Positions 35,861 to 50,471 are shown, counted from the first letter of the whole stretch. The stretch is 63,989 nt of DNA, filler included, from Phoronis australis (GCA_002633005.1; 9 parts of 9 records of this genome joined end to end with filler, not necessarily neighbours in it); one strand, 5' to 3'. Numbers and translations are program-made. The notes: a model not told the origin generated them from the letters alone.

Positions 35861-37587
35861 TTGTTACTGAGTGGACTAAGATGATCTTAGCATAGCACAT
35901 GGTCAGTATGAAGGATTTGTTACTGTATATGACTTGCCTGGCCTTTTAGCTGCTTTTGAAATTCATGCCCAAAGAGTATTAAGTCATTTTCACCAACATG
36001 CAACTAAACAGTCGCACAAAAATACAGATTCGTATTTATTCATCAGAAGGAAATCAATTCGGAAAACGTAAAAATATTTATTTGCTTAATTTAACTGATT
36101 TTTTGTAACTGGTACAGTTTACTTGGCTACGCACTCCTGCGAAAGTCCTGGATTATAAAAACATGGAAATTTCTAAAGTTTGTGTAAAAAATTGTACCAA
36201 GGACCAAAAATTCTATCCCTCTGTGAATGACTGTTGTTGGTAAACACGTGAAATTGGAAAATTATAAAATGGCTTATTTGCAAAATTCTTGAGGTTTCAT
36301 GACCTACTATAATTTCAAGGTTCTTGTCCTATAATAAGGAAAAGTTTGAGGCCAATTTTAAGAGATAAAGACCTAATTTGATTTTTGTGCTTAGCCAGCA
36401 GTTTCGAAATATTATAATTGTCAATCTTTGTAGACATGTTGTTTCTTAAACAAAAAAATCATCATTGAATAAACTAAGGTCCTAAAATTGCATTGCTACC
36501 TAGTTTGAAGTTAACTGTTTCGACACATTATTCATGTGCCTTGCACGCGAGTTGTTTCAGACACCTTCAACCAAATGTGTTTATTGGTGACTTTCATATC
36601 ATCTGATTTTCACTGCTTACAAGTCTTGAAAATTATATTTCCTTTAGTAGGAGATTTGCGCAAAAACTGGCAAACCAGTGATTGGTCTGTGGCAGAGAAA
36701 AGAAATTTTCTGATTTTCGTGATCTTACCATTTACAGAAACTTTAGAAATGAAAATGTGGGAATGGCTTTAAAAAGGGATTATGATGGTTGGTATTTCTA
36801 ATGCTTGAGAATAAATAAATTTCTGCAAGATGTTACAATTTGCCTGCTGTTTTGTACAAAATTTTGTTCACAAAATGTATGTATTCCAGAACAGTAGTTT
36901 TGGTGTTTTGGTTGTGTGGAGTAAAATTATTCACCGCTTGATATTTCAGAAAATATTCACTACTTGCACACTTTGATGGCACTGCAAAATTATTACTTGT
37001 TGTTGTTGTGCATTGCTATTCAGGACACAATGACTCATTTCACCATCAATTTTAACAATGCAAATGCGAGGGAGTGTACATGTATATCCAAACATGCAGA
37101 ACCATGTTAGTTTGGATGCAACACCTCGTTTTCAAGCATGATGGCGAATTCGTGCAAGTAGGTAATGCTATTTCCTATAAATAAAGGCCAGTTAACAGAC
37201 TAACTTGAATCATGAGTAGCCCAAAGGCTGTTTGTTATCAAAAGCAGTTAAAGAACCATCCTGAAGATTGAGTTAACAAATGGCCATGCATTGTTTATAA
37301 TGAAGTTACTCCAACTATCTGCAATTTCTTTTAGTACATCACAACTATGGTTTGGAATGGTTCACTTGTGTTACTGTTTTTTTTTAATGTTATTAGCTAA
37401 TGAATCTGAAGGAAAACTTGTCAAGTGCTGATAATCTCCATCTCATTTCTGTTTCAGGAGTAACAGAAATATGCCCTAAGATGCATTTTCCCATTGCAAA
37501 ACTTTCCAACAGTCCATTTCTACATTTGCGATGCATTGAGTAGTTAAGCTGAAAGTTGGGCTATAGCCGGTAGATTTTCAATGTAAC

Positions 37588-37743
37588 CAGTGCTGTAGTG
37601 GTAAAATTAGTGGTAAGTAGGCGCCCAAAGCCCACCATATCACCTTGAGCACTGAAGGTAACTTATGGTGCATAAGCAGTGCGTTCAAATGCCAAAAGGT
37701 GGTTGGCTGCGCCTACATGCGCCTATGCACCACTAGAGCACTG
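37588..37743. mobile_element. hAT-type MITE
   Basis: TIR cagtgctgtagtgg / ccactagagcactg; 8-bp TSD aatgtaac / attgtaac (7 of 8 match). Confidence 0.75.
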
Positions 37744-39546
37744 ATTGTAACCTTATGATTAAATGTGTTTGAAAACTGATCAACTTGGCATTATTTTGTT
37801 ATAACTCCTATTCACATGTCTAACTGAGAAACCTGCGTATTGATTGCCATTTTTTACATCCGTTAACGGGAGCATTCTTATGTGTTCAGTTCCCAATAAT
37901 TAAACCCATGTTTTTCTAGGTCGCACCTGTTGTCGATTTAGCTCTAGTGACATCAAATCTAACATCGAGTTAAATTGGTAAAAAGTTCGTGAATGCTGTC
38001 AGTAAACCCGTCATGAATTCACTCTCAGGGGCAAATCTGACAATTCACCAGCAGCAGTTTAAGACCTCTAAAAATACTGAAAATTTAAAATAAATTTCTT
38101 CTAGTCTTTTGCCCATTGGGCATACATCACAGTATCCCTCCTGGTCCTGCATAGCCATCCAGACACTTGGGCTCCCTACAAAAAATATCTAGAAGCGTGA
38201 AGATTTTTCAGTCCACATTTTTTCAACTTCGTGGGAAAAGTGGCTTGCAATACACTTGCGCCAAGTGAGGATTTCCCTTAGCATAATTGCTTCATTTGAT
38301 GTTTGCACACTCCGTATCAATTAACGCAGCTGTTGCCAGTGATATGTCCACTAAATTTGCCACATGTGAGAAAAGCCCTATTCCCAGCATTCTGATGCAA
38401 GTAAGTATAATGCTTATGGGGAGAATAGCAAATTTTTGAGTATTTGAGCTGGTGCTAAAACAAGATATACGATCCTTTTAATCTAAAAGCAACACCTAAG
38501 CTTCAATCAGAAGCAACCTTTGAAAAGTAAAATGCATTTTAAAAATATTGCAGGGTATCTCATATTTAATGTTTCATAATAATTTTCCGAAACCATAAGA
38601 AAATACCCTGATCATGATCCAATGATCTTATGAGCAGACTGAGGAAATAGGTCATCCATGATTCAACTCTAACAACTTCTTCACTGAGTTGTCTCTGAGT
38701 GTAGAGAATATTCTTTGGCCATGATCAAGCCCTAGCTTTACCATTGTGGGATAATGAAAATGTCCATCACTCAACCTTTACATGTCTCACAGAATGGCCA
38801 AGGTGTGTAGGAATAGTCCCTGGTCATGGTTTTTGAACGGTTTGAGATACTTGAATTGCTTCAAGTGGAGGCCAAAATTGGAATGAAGCTTTTGACTACC
38901 TGCATAATGAGGGAATGTTCTCTCTCAAGTCACAATATTTAGGAGCAAAATCACCCATTTTGCTTGAATTCTGGATCAAAATTTCCATAATCTGATGTCA
39001 ACCCCAAAAAGGTACTGGAATAGAAATTCCCTTTTCGAAATAGAATTAGTTACAAAAATGTGGTACTTATGCTGTTTACGTACTCAACAATTAGTTTTCC
39101 ATGAAGTGAATAGCTTCCAAATAATTCCCGACTCCCTCCGTGCGAGTTTCCACCTGGTAATGGCAAGTTTGCTCAATACCTTCCAGGTACGGGAAAAATA
39201 GGTCAGTCACAAAACGACACGCATGTCACTAGTGTTAACTTTCTTTCGGAGGTATAAAACAAAGCCGGGATTTGGTTTTTACACATTGAGAAAAGACGTT
39301 TTTTGAAAATGGAAGTTGTTTAAAATGAGAGTGACACACCATATAGACTGCGAGTCAATTTTAAACCACACGCGGTCGTTTGTAGTGCGATATGATGAGC
39401 GCTAGCTTAAACTGTGGGCGCTTAATTGGAAATTCTCAAAAGTTGANNNNNNNNNNNNNNNNNNNNNNNNNNNNNNNNNNNNNNNNNNNNTTAATTAATT
39501 AANNNNNNNNNNNNNNNNNNNNNNNNNNNNNNNNNNNNNNNNNNNN

Positions 39547-40004
39547 TGAGTATGAAGTGTGAGTTTGAGCATGATTCGAGTCTGAGTACGGAGATTGGAG
39601 ACCGGGCCCCGGTCTCCAATCTTTGTGCTCGAAACGAACTCGAAATTATTTTTGGCAATACCTCGGGTCCTTTTGTGCTAATTCAAGATAAGTGGTTATC
39701 AGACTGGGCTCGAATAAGTATAGTTTATGCATGTGAGTTTCTAGTCCAAGTTTGCACTTAAAAACCCTTTTATTCGTGCTACAACCTTGAGTAAAAACTC
39801 GAAATTTCGAGCTCAAACTCGAACTTTTAGCTTTAATGATGGATTTATCAACTGCAAACAAGGACTAATAAGTCATCCACGTAAGTCATTATGTACTCGA
39901 GCATATAGAGTAATAGACACTTATCTGGAGTTCACACTAAAGTAGAGCAGTGCCAAACATAATTTCGAATTCCATTTCGAGTAAAAAGATTCGAGACTGG
40001 GCCC
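39547..40004. mobile_element. MITE with gggcccggtctc termini (related pieces at 43372-43545 and 53055-53155)
   Basis: Inverted ends gggccccggtctc / gagactgggcccag; tactcg/cgagta subrepeats. Confidence 0.6.
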
Positions 40005-40653
40005 AGAACTCCGATAGTTCACTACTCCGATTGTGTGATCACGACTCACTCTCAAGCAGAGACAACATCTGGGGCACGGCTACGGCGACCAATGGCGGTT
40101 TNGGAATCCTGACCACAGCACCCACAATGCACCATTTTAACCTAATTTCAATATGGCGTCGCTGCAAATCCGCTATTACCAATGTGGTGATCACGGATCA
40201 CGCTCCGGCATAGGCAACACGTAGCTCCTCGGTTGGCCGGTTAGGGGCTACAATACTTCCCACCGCTTTCTGTACGCATTTCGTCCCGTGTATTTTGAAT
40301 GGGCGGTAGGTCAAATCCTGCCACCGATTGGAGTTTTCACCTCATCAAAAATACATTCCACAGTTAGAACTATATCACATAAAATTGCTTACTTTCTTCA
40401 GTGATCCGGCTTCCTAGCTGCTTCGGGTCACTCATCTTTGATCAAGTATTTAGGCCCTACTAGAATTAAGGCGACTTTGGAGAAGAATTCTAACTCCACT
40501 TTTTGGTCAATGTTAACCTTTTCACCGCGCGCGCGATAACCTCAAAATATTTCAACTGAGTCAAGTGAGTTAGAAAAAAATGAAGGTTAGCGCGAGACTG
40601 ACTGAGCGAAACTCGGTAGTGGACCTTGGCGCTGGCGCGGGACACTTGCAAGA

Positions 40654-43600
40654 TAGACCGGGATCCCAGAGCTTTTTTGGGCATGAAAAGGTAACCAATT
40701 TTCTTTGGTGCCACAGTGCTCTGTGGGTATCCTCATGCTTGGAAATGGCCGTCTGGCAGGTTCGCTTTGGTGGGTGTTGTCGGGGGAGCCAACATATGGC
40801 AAAAATTGAGCTAGATCAACTTTTCTGGTAACCACTTGGATCCCTCCTACGTAATGCACTGCATCAAAATTGGTCACTGCCAGACAATTTCAGTGGTGGG
40901 GAGTATCAGCCAAACGGTTTTATTTAAGGTGCAAAAATTGAGCTAGATCAATCCAAGCCGCGTGAAACCAGTTTCCCGTGGGCTCGGAGCCCAAGTATAA
41001 CGAATGAACACTGCCAAACAAATCTAGTGGTGGGTTAGCCCCGCCAGACACGCCCAAATACCCGAGTTGAGCTAGATCAACCCACCAGGTAACCGTTTGA
41101 AACCAATATTGCACGATGTTCAGCATCACTGTTAGATGCCCGACATTTTCAGTGGTGGGTTGCCAGACGACTATCAAAAAGGGTTAAAATTGAGCTAGAT
41201 CAACCTAAGAGGTAACCGCATGAAACCAGTTGCAAGATATTCGCCGTAAGCCCAGGTATCAAGAATAAATACTGCCAGACAAATACCAGTGGTGGGTTAT
41301 CCCAGCCAGACACGCCCAAGTACCTGAGTTGAGCTAAATCAACCCACCAGGTAACCGTTTGAAACCAATCGTCGGCGATGTTCAGCGTCACATGCACGTG
41401 GCATAACAGTAAGATGCCCCAATCAGACAAATAAAGAGTCGAAACATAATTGATTATGCATGTAAGTCCATTCACAATGAATAAGCATCACATTGAGGAA
41501 CCAACTTAAACACTTCGATTTTTGATAAAGCCACTGAGTCTGTGCGACATAGGTTACCACACAAGGTGAAAGATTTTTGTCCGCAAGTTTACGTCAGGGC
41601 ATGAAAACCAGAAACATCGCGCCTGGTGTCGCAGTGACCTCACAAGTCCATGCGAAAACAACGGAATACTCCACATGATTCACTTTTAAAGAGCACATTG
41701 TGTTTGCACGAATTTCGATTTTTCGTTGTCCTATTTTTAATCTAAGCTGCGTCCTCTGTTTTCGGACGAGTCATTTGATGCAACTGCTAAAACGAATGAT
41801 AACCAAAATGCCGTCTTTTGCTGTCTTCTGCGTTATGTATGCGCGCCAACTACCTTCATTTCACCCAGTGATTAATGGCAAATTTGGCAAAACTTATCAG
41901 TTTTGGGCAATCTCCATCTTTATAGTAAACCGAGCTCACAGAGAACTCCAGAGATGCGTCAAAAACAATTTGTCAGTGGCTGTATCAACATTTTCCTGGC
42001 TATGCTAACTAGATGTATACTTTGCCCAGAACCACCCAAACTACGACAGATGGGGAACATTGTTTTACCAAAATTGACCTCTCTCTGGAACAGTCCGTAT
42101 TTTTATGTTTGATATGGTGTTCTCCAAAAAGGCTGAAAGCACCTCTGCGGCACCTAATATTGAGTACGTATGGCCGTGTTAGATTTCGTGGAAACTCAAA
42201 GCTGTAACGTAGATTAAACATTCTGTTCATGTTGCGAACATGTTATTCACAGTTCGTGGGTATAACGTGTCCTGATAGTTTTTCAGTGAGATTGACAATC
42301 ATTTCATTTGCACGACACAGGTACGCGGGCAATGGAACTATTCGCTTTGTGTCGTTATAGTGATTATAAACCACGTTCGAATTAATTATTCATAGATTTT
42401 CTTTCCAGCCCCAGCATATTCGTTAAACATGGGATATGAATGGATAATAACAACAAAACTGTTGCAGCTACTGGTGCTATTAACTACAATGATGCATGTA
42501 ACTAAGTTAGTAATAATTTTGAATTTGCCTCTGATTCAAAGCGCTTCACGTGTCATCAGGTCGTGCTCGGCAAACTTCGCCTGAGTGCCGCTGTTTGTGT
42601 AGACAGGATCGTGCATATGATAAGAGGAGGCTTTATGTTATTCATAAATCACGCGCGTGGTGGCTACACCAAAGGGTAACAAGTGAGTTCAAATGTGAAT
42701 GTCTATACCTAAGCATAAAAGTCTAACCCTACGACCTTAGTAAGCTACATATTTTGTAAATAGCATTGAGAGAGTTCCCAAAAATAGTGCGGTGTAAATG
42801 CCTTAAATTCGGCCAAGAAACAAAACAGCAAAAATTTGAGATTTGTTATTCTGCTATTTTGGTTTTAATTGCAAGCATAGTACGGTAGAGGTGTAGGCAT
42901 TTTAAAATTTTGAATTGGAGGTGATCCTCAAAAATCCAGATATGTTGTTCATCCAGTGTCCACTTTGATTGTGGATTGGTGGATTGGTATGAATGCCTGT
43001 ACATGTTTGAAAGTTTCTGTTCCTTTAAATTCAGTACACGCTGACGGTAAGTTCATTATAGGCAGTCCTCCGTCGTGCTAAAAAAAAAAAACAAACATTC
43101 AACTACCGTGTTTTCTTGCACTGAGAACACACCGTTGAGCATATTCACGTTATGATGGAAAAGTAGGCGTAGACCTCAACTTTGGTCAATGAAAATCTTC
43201 TCTAATCAATCGATGTCAATGGTGCACAACCCTGCAGACTTCATACGAGCAACAAACTTGATGGAAAAGATTTCCAAGATTCCATGTCACTATGACGAAG
43301 GTTCAATACTCCGAAGGTTCGTTATCTTCTAAAATTCACTACTTTGAATTTCCAGTATTCCAAAACCAGGACCTGGGCCCGGTCTCCAATCTCCGTACTC
43401 AGACTCATACTCATACTCGAGATTTCATACTCAAAATCGTGCTCACTGGAGTCGTACTCAAAAAAGCGTATCTAATGTCTTATTTCGAGTAGACTCCAAA
43501 CGTACTCAAATCTGACACTCATACTCGAGTTGCTATGGAACTCTTTATGATGNTTTCAAATTTACATGTAAGAAGACTAAATGGGACTCCCTGATATCGT

Positions 43601-45253
43601 GAGAAGTGGCAGGGACAGGTGGCCTACTAACTTCATTTAGTTTCGACCTGGCCGTATGCGTCGCGCTGGGATTCGATCTTGATATGGACTTGATGAATTG
43701 TGTCATGGTTGATAATCCATCAGTATTCCTACTTCGTATCATTTTAAAATGCAAGTGCGTACACATTTTAAGACATGCAGGCAATTTCGCATGCGCATGA
43801 AATCTGACTAGGTTTCTGCTTGTGCTGGCCAGCTGGAGACGCTGGTCACTGTCCACATGGAATCAAATCCAAGTGTTTTAGTGCCGGGTGTTGTTTTCAT
43901 CTAATAACCGAAATATCGTTCATTTTTTAATGTAAAAGTTTCAAAATCACATCTGAGTTTGAAAGTTGAGATATTTTCGGAGCGGTGAATCTTCGGATTG
44001 GTGAATCGTCGAACTAGTGAACCTTCGGAATAGTGAACCTTCCCAGTAGTAAACCTTCGAAATAGTGGGATGTTCCCATTTCCAGCGAATGTAAGCAACT
44101 TAAGTAATACAACCAGATAAACAATTTTGTTACGTCATTCACCGGCTAAACTTCATATTTCCGTTTGAGTATGCAATGAGGGGTAATCACTCATTTAAGC
44201 ATGGCTGATTTGAAACTTTGTCAGGAGATAATGTGAGAATGTTCTCTTCCCCCCAATTAAGCTGAGTCAAAAGCCTTACGGAAATTTCTACGGTGTCGAC
44301 GTTTGCAAAATAATAAAGGTCCACCGTTCTTGAAATTCGAACCACCCCCCCGCTCAATGCTGGCTACGGGCCTGAATAGGATATATGCATTTGAGTAGTG
44401 AGATAGGGGAGTCTAATATAAAGTCGCCCCTGCATCGACCAAACTTCTGCATACTAATTCCCTACCGCTAAAATGTATGTAAAATAGCTTTTGTTGCATG
44501 CAGAATGTTGCTCGACATTATGCAAATGGTTTCAAACGGTTACCTGGCGTGTAAATCTGGTCGAACTCAGATATTTGATCGTGTGTGGCGAGGCCAGTCC
44601 AGTACTAGACTTGTCTCGCAGACGGTTTATTCATGATACATGGGCTTACGTAGAATATTTTGCAACTGGTTTCATGCGGTTACCTCTTGGGTTGATTTAC
44701 CTCAAATTTCAACCCTTCTTTAGTCGTCTGGCATCTTACTGTTATACGATGTACAGTGATGCTGAGCATCGTGCAATTGGTTTCAAACGGTTACCTCGTG
44801 AGTTGATCTAGCTCAACTCGGGTATTTGAGCGTGTCTGGCGGGGCTAACCCATCACTAGATTTGTCTGGCAGTGTTCATTCGTGATACCTGGGCTCACGG
44901 TGAATATTTTGAAACTGGTTTCACGCGGTTACCTCTTGGATTGGTCTAACTCATTTTTGCACCTTTTTATAACCGTCTGGCTGATACTCCCCACCACTGA
45001 AATTGTCTGGCAATGACCAATTTTGTTACAGTGGATTACGTAGTAAGTATCCAAGGCAGTTTGAAGTGGTTACCAGAAAAGTTGATCTAACTCAATTTTT
45101 TAGTGTCGTTCTCTTGGCTCCCCTGACCACACCCACCAGAGCGAACCTGCCAGACGGCCATTTCCAAGCATCAGGATACCCACAGAGCACTGTGGCAACA
45201 AAGAAAATTTGTTTACCTCTTCATGCCCAAAAAAGCTCTGGGATCCCGGTCTA
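40654..45253. mobile_element. 4.6-kb non-autonomous Academ-like foldback element with ~740-bp TIRs
   Basis: tagaccgggatcccagagcttttt... / ...aaaaagctctgggatcccggtcta; TIRs about 40654-41390 and 44500-45253, built of subrepeats; 3-bp TSD aga/aaa relative to the empty site at 23870-23902. Confidence 0.75.
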
Positions 45254-47633
45254 AAATAGCATGGGAAGAGATCAGTTGGGATTTGTGAGTTTTGTGTCCC
45301 CTGGACATTTTGTTCGTTAACAGGCGGGATTTATCGTAACTTCCTCAAAACTATGGCACCGCGGTGAGAGAAACTCAAGCGAATCGCCGACACTGAGATC
45401 TTCGCTAATATTGTATTCAGAGTCATGGTATGTGCTAATATAACTTCATGTGGATTTATGATTCATTTGCTGTAGGCCTATTTTGAAATGCATAAATTTT
45501 TATGAGGATGTACTATCGCCCCTGTATGCCTGCAGTGCGGCATCCAGGGCAATGTAGGGCCTCGATATTGCGGCCTAGCTCCGGCGGGCACAGCCAGCCA
45601 GCTAGCTGTATGAAGACTGTCGTCAAAATACAGCGTAGGTACCACTTTGTGTATTTCTTCCGTAGAACTCGAAATTGCACATATCTAGGGTAGTTGTGCT
45701 CGTCACCTCGCCGTGAACGACAGGACGGGGTGCATGCAAAATCCCGGCGGCTACATGACGCCTCGGCCGACAATCACCTTGCCAGTTTGGCCTACAGCCG
45801 TTTAAGTGAAAAACAATGCAATAAACGGCGTCATTTTCTTGCGTAACTCTCCGCCTTTTCTACCAACGAAAAGTATGCCGTGAAAATGAAAATCCGCAAA
45901 GGAACTCTAAAGATAGACGCAGGCGTAACTTTTTGAGAAAAAAAAAACGAAAATTCCATTCGGAGGCACAGCAGTGGCCCAATTGTTGTCGAGTTTAAAA
46001 TAGGACTACACACCTGTGACTTTGCAAAGGGTTAGGCCTTAGTAGATATAGACAGTGATGTCAACACAGTGCGCTGATCAATTCGCCGACGATAGCACTG
46101 CAAAACGTGTACTTCAATGAGTATTTAATTATAAGAATGTCCATAATAGATGCCACATATTGCGTCAAACCCAACTGAATTTTGAAGGTGGCACCATCTC
46201 TGCGAAACATAACTTTTTGCAGAATTTCACGAAAATAAGCTAACGAAATCATAAGATACATGTATAGAACTTCAAAAAAAAACAGTTAACAGTAGGGGCC
46301 ACAGCTATAGTCCGACTTGTCTGCAACTTGTCATCTCTTGCCGTTACCGTGTCTCATGGAATGTATAATAAAAGAGTTGGCTGCAAACAGTTATTGCGCA
46401 GACATCGGGACCTCAATAACTCAGTTGGAAGAGGGGCAGAGAGGCACAGTCTCTGCTTCTCTGGTTTCACACTAAAACTATTTGCCGCCGCCGCCACCAC
46501 CAACCACCACGCACCACAGCCTCTCCAACCATCTCTCGGACTCTTAGCCCCTGCTGGACTTGCTATCACTACATTATTTAAGTGGTTTATACGCAGAGAA
46601 TGGACTTTTTCCAAATTGCTGGACTTCCCACTGACTCTGTATCAGCCTATGTCAAAACCCGGTGGTAAGCAAGAGTACCTTTCGAGATTATGGGGAGCAG
46701 AATATGTTCCGGTGCCCGGCACATAATGTCGTACTGGTCACATGAATTATTGTCTCCACGAAAGAACGTGTGTCGATGTTAAGCATTCATTGTCTCATCT
46801 GTATGAGTCGATTTTCAGAATGTACGTCACAACAGGCGTTACGATGATGTCGCCAAGGTCAGAACTAAGACAATCTATTTTTCCCTAGGTTACGCAGCTA
46901 CTGTTTACAAAGGCTTGTCTTATATAATATTTATACAGTCTGTTCACAGGTAGTCTTTTGTTTTAGTTTGTTTGGTAATAGTTATAGTCAATGAAGGATA
47001 ACAATGATGTGATCGGGCCTTAACTTGCTTGATCGAGCTACCGTGATGGTTGGTTGAAAAATGTGAATAAAAGGCTCCATAATGTGCGGGAGCCCATTCT
47101 CCGTGGTTTATATTAACCGCGGCTGTAGGCTGCACAACAGAATTTCAAAGTGCAGAGTCCGCTTTTTCGTCCTGCTGATTTCTTTCATTGCCGTCATAAC
47201 TACATGTATACTTCAGACCATATTTCAACGTCAATGGCAATCACTAGAGATCTACGGTAAGTTCGAAACTTTCGCACAAATGTTTCAACGAATTACGAGT
47301 GCATTTAACTCGGCAAATCGGACGTCTAGGTGCCAGGGTCACAATTAGATATCCGAAAAATGGATTTTTTTTTGTCTTTGAGGATTTTAATGCAGGTACG
47401 TAGCCAGCGTTGCGCGAAGGGTGGTTCGAATTTCTAAAGCGATGGAACTTTTGATCATATTTCGCAAACCTCGGCAATTTTTTCTGTAGCGCCCTTAGGC
47501 AGATAAATCCAGCAGAAGGGAATTTCGTATACACGACGATGACTCAGTTTTACATGTACGATAACAAGCCTGTTTTCAAAACGAAAATTTCGTACAATGC
47601 TCAGTAAGGTCACTTCTCGATTTGAAATACCTA

Positions 47634-47900
47634 ATAAAGATTGACATGTATGACAAGTGGTATACTCTTTTATAGATTGACATGTATGACAAGTGGTATA
47701 CTCTTTTATAGATTGACATGTATGACAAGTGGTATACTCTTTTAAAGCCGGTTTGACATGTAGGCCTATGACAAGTGGAATACTCTTTTAAAGATTGACA
47801 TGTATGACAAGTGGTATACTCTTTTAAAGATTGACATGTATGACAAGTGGTATACTCTTTTAAAGACTGACATGTATGACAAGTGGTATACTCTTTTACA
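47634..47900. repeat. 36-bp minisatellite, ~7.5 copies
   Basis: aaagattgacatgtatgacaagtggtatactctttt repeated head-to-tail with no spacers. Confidence 0.95.
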
Positions 47901-48197
47901 TGTATCAAAAGCGCTTTGCGTATAAATGGTTTTCGATCTTTCAATGGCGGTCATTCTGAAATTGAAGATGGCCGCCATGAGGTCAGAATTAGCCCAACCA
48001 ATCAGATTGCAGTGCGCAAATATCAAGCTCACTTAGCATGCTTCAAGTATACCGATGCACAGAAAAGTTCAATATTACATGATGATTCTGAAACATAAAT
48101 AACTATTTTACAAACGATTCTAAAGCAAGTACCGGCTATATTCTGATTTAAGTGGGTAATTTACGGGGAGATGACAACTAAAAACTGCCAGCTAGAT

Positions 48198-48320
48198 CTA
48201 AGTTGCCATCACAATATCATAAGTAAGAGTTAGGGACATATGTCTACCTAATCACAAGTTGCCATCACAATATCATAACTAAGAGTTAGGGACATATGTC
48301 CACATAATCACAAGTTGCCC
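48198..48320. repeat. ~57-bp tandem duplication
   Basis: aagttgccatcacaatatcataa.taagagttagggacatatgtc.ac.taatcac occurs twice. Confidence 0.85.
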
Positions 48321-49339
48321 ACCAGATGACATCAAATAATCTAGTGGGTTCATGGGTTTTAGTTTTCATCGAAAATGCCAAGTATACGAAATGTTTCTTT
48401 TTTCTGATTATGGCAACCGCACTTGTTTTACTCAGGGTCAGTACACTTTTCTCAGAACAGCGATGTGAAAGAATCAGGTATAAACATGTTGAGCAATTCA
48501 CAATCACTGCTCTTCCTATTGAGAAATTTCTTGTGGCGTGCAGGTGTCAGTTTGCTGGTAACCGCGGCAGAAGTACAATTGACATCAATAAGATAATATA
48601 ACAAGCTCACTGTTGCTGACTGTGACTATATGGAAAACTAGTTGTAGAGATGTTTACAATAAAATACAGTTTCCTACGTATCTTCTGAAATAAATGAAAT
48701 TCTAAAATGTTAAAAAGAGCATTTTATTTGAGCTTTGACTAGTTGGGGACGTTCGCAATTATTGACTGAGCGTTCAAAACGTAAGAAAACGCTTAACGTT
48801 TCAACGAAAAGTGCAAATGGCTTCTTTGACAAACTATCATTGATCAATAACAGCCAGAGAAATAACGACGGTTCTGAATAACTGGAAATTAGCAGTTGGA
48901 AGGTGTGGGACAAGCAGTTTGGTTTTCATAACAGTGGGGAATGTGAATGTACCACAACTGCTGCATGTTGTTTTTCTAGGAGAGTTTACGTCCTCCCCAT
49001 ATGATTATCTTCGAAGTGGCACCGAACGTGGAAAACAAACTAAATTGCAATATTCAAAGTGGTGTTCTGCCACTGAAACAAAAGTCAAACTGATCACCAG
49101 TTATTTTTACGGTTTGTTTATAAAGATTTCGAATTGCTGTTGATGTCAAAGCATTTTTCATTAAGTCTCAAATTTCAAAAAAAGAACTGTTATCCGCCCG
49201 TCACTTAGTCGTTTTTTCTCCAACACGGCAAAGCATATCTCCTTTGGTGTGACAAGACAACCACGTAACTCATTTCCCTTATATTATTGTTTCACAGTCT
49301 TGTCTTACGGATCCGTGGAGACAGAATAATCCAAACAAA

Positions 49340-50300
49340 AATGTTTACTAAGAATAAACCTAATGCTGACAAAAAACACATTTAGACTTTAAATACATAT
49401 TCGAAGGTTATCGATAAACATCTTGGAATATTATAAGATTGAACCTGTATACAGAACTGATAGTTCTTCTAATTGAATTTCTATTAAACTATCAAATTTC
49501 ACCCGTGGTCCGGGACTTTGGAAATTTAATAAATCCCTTTTGATGGATGCGGATTATAATGCATTAGTGAAAACAGTTATTCTTGATGCTACGCAAGAAT
49601 TTTCAGCACTCCCTTATAATAAAGAGTCAACTAAGTGCCATTCCAAATGACGATTTGTACCTCCAAATTGACAAATCTTTATTTTTTTGAAATGTTTCTA
49701 TAAAATGTCGTCTGAAACTATTCACTTTTGCAATTTGCTTTTCAATTGAGTTTTATAAGTTTTCTGGCAAGAGCTCTTTTCTGTTTTCAGTTTTGTTAAG
49801 CGTGCTTTGTCTCCCAGTCAAAACCAGGGTGTAATTTTGCACTTACCAAAGGGTAAGAAATTCGGAGAATATGTCACCAGGTGGCGTCCTGTTTCACTCT
49901 TCAACAACAGCTATAAAATGTTATGTATAACGTGCTTAATTTTTTCAGTGTTTGGGAAATGGTTTTATTAGGTGTATTTTTTTCCTCAATAAGGATCTCG
50001 ACGTACGTTCTAAACTTCTTAAATTTTCCCACCCCCTACCATCCCCCTTCTCGGCATTCTTTCGTACCTCCACGTGGCCGGCGCTTTTCATTTGCCCATC
50101 TTACCAGAGATTAGTATTTTTTACCTTACTTATGTTTAGTCACTACCTATTACTTGTAATTACATTAGTCATATAAATGACTTTCCTTGCAATTGTATTA
50201 GTCATAATAAATGACCTTATATCGCCTACCTCGGTCTTCGTAACGACGTGAGCTTGTGACGCACGAACTATTATACATCATTCGGGACACATGTCGATCA
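49340..50300 (+). mobile_element. Decayed Tx1/L1-clade LINE (endonuclease end, RT start, 3' UTR)
   Basis: YRTD..RGPGLWKFNKSLLMD.DY and IEFYKF.W..LSPSQNQGVILHLPKG..WRPVSLFNNSYKML, with deletions and frameshifts. Confidence 0.8.
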
Positions 50301-50471
50301 TGAATGTCAAAGGTTTGAAGTTTGGAAACCTCTAGGATGAAAGAAAATCGACAAACCTATTTTGTGATGCTGAAAGTGATGATGACAATACAAGAGAACC
50401 ATGGAAGTGAGAAAATAATCATTGGGATCTGTGTGTGATGCTCAAAGTTGGGATCGAAGGACATTTAATAA

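Noticed and set aside
47634-47900. 36-bp repeats of CRISPR-like length
   Set aside because: Units are head-to-tail with no unique spacers, there are no cas genes, and the context is eukaryotic; this is a minisatellite.
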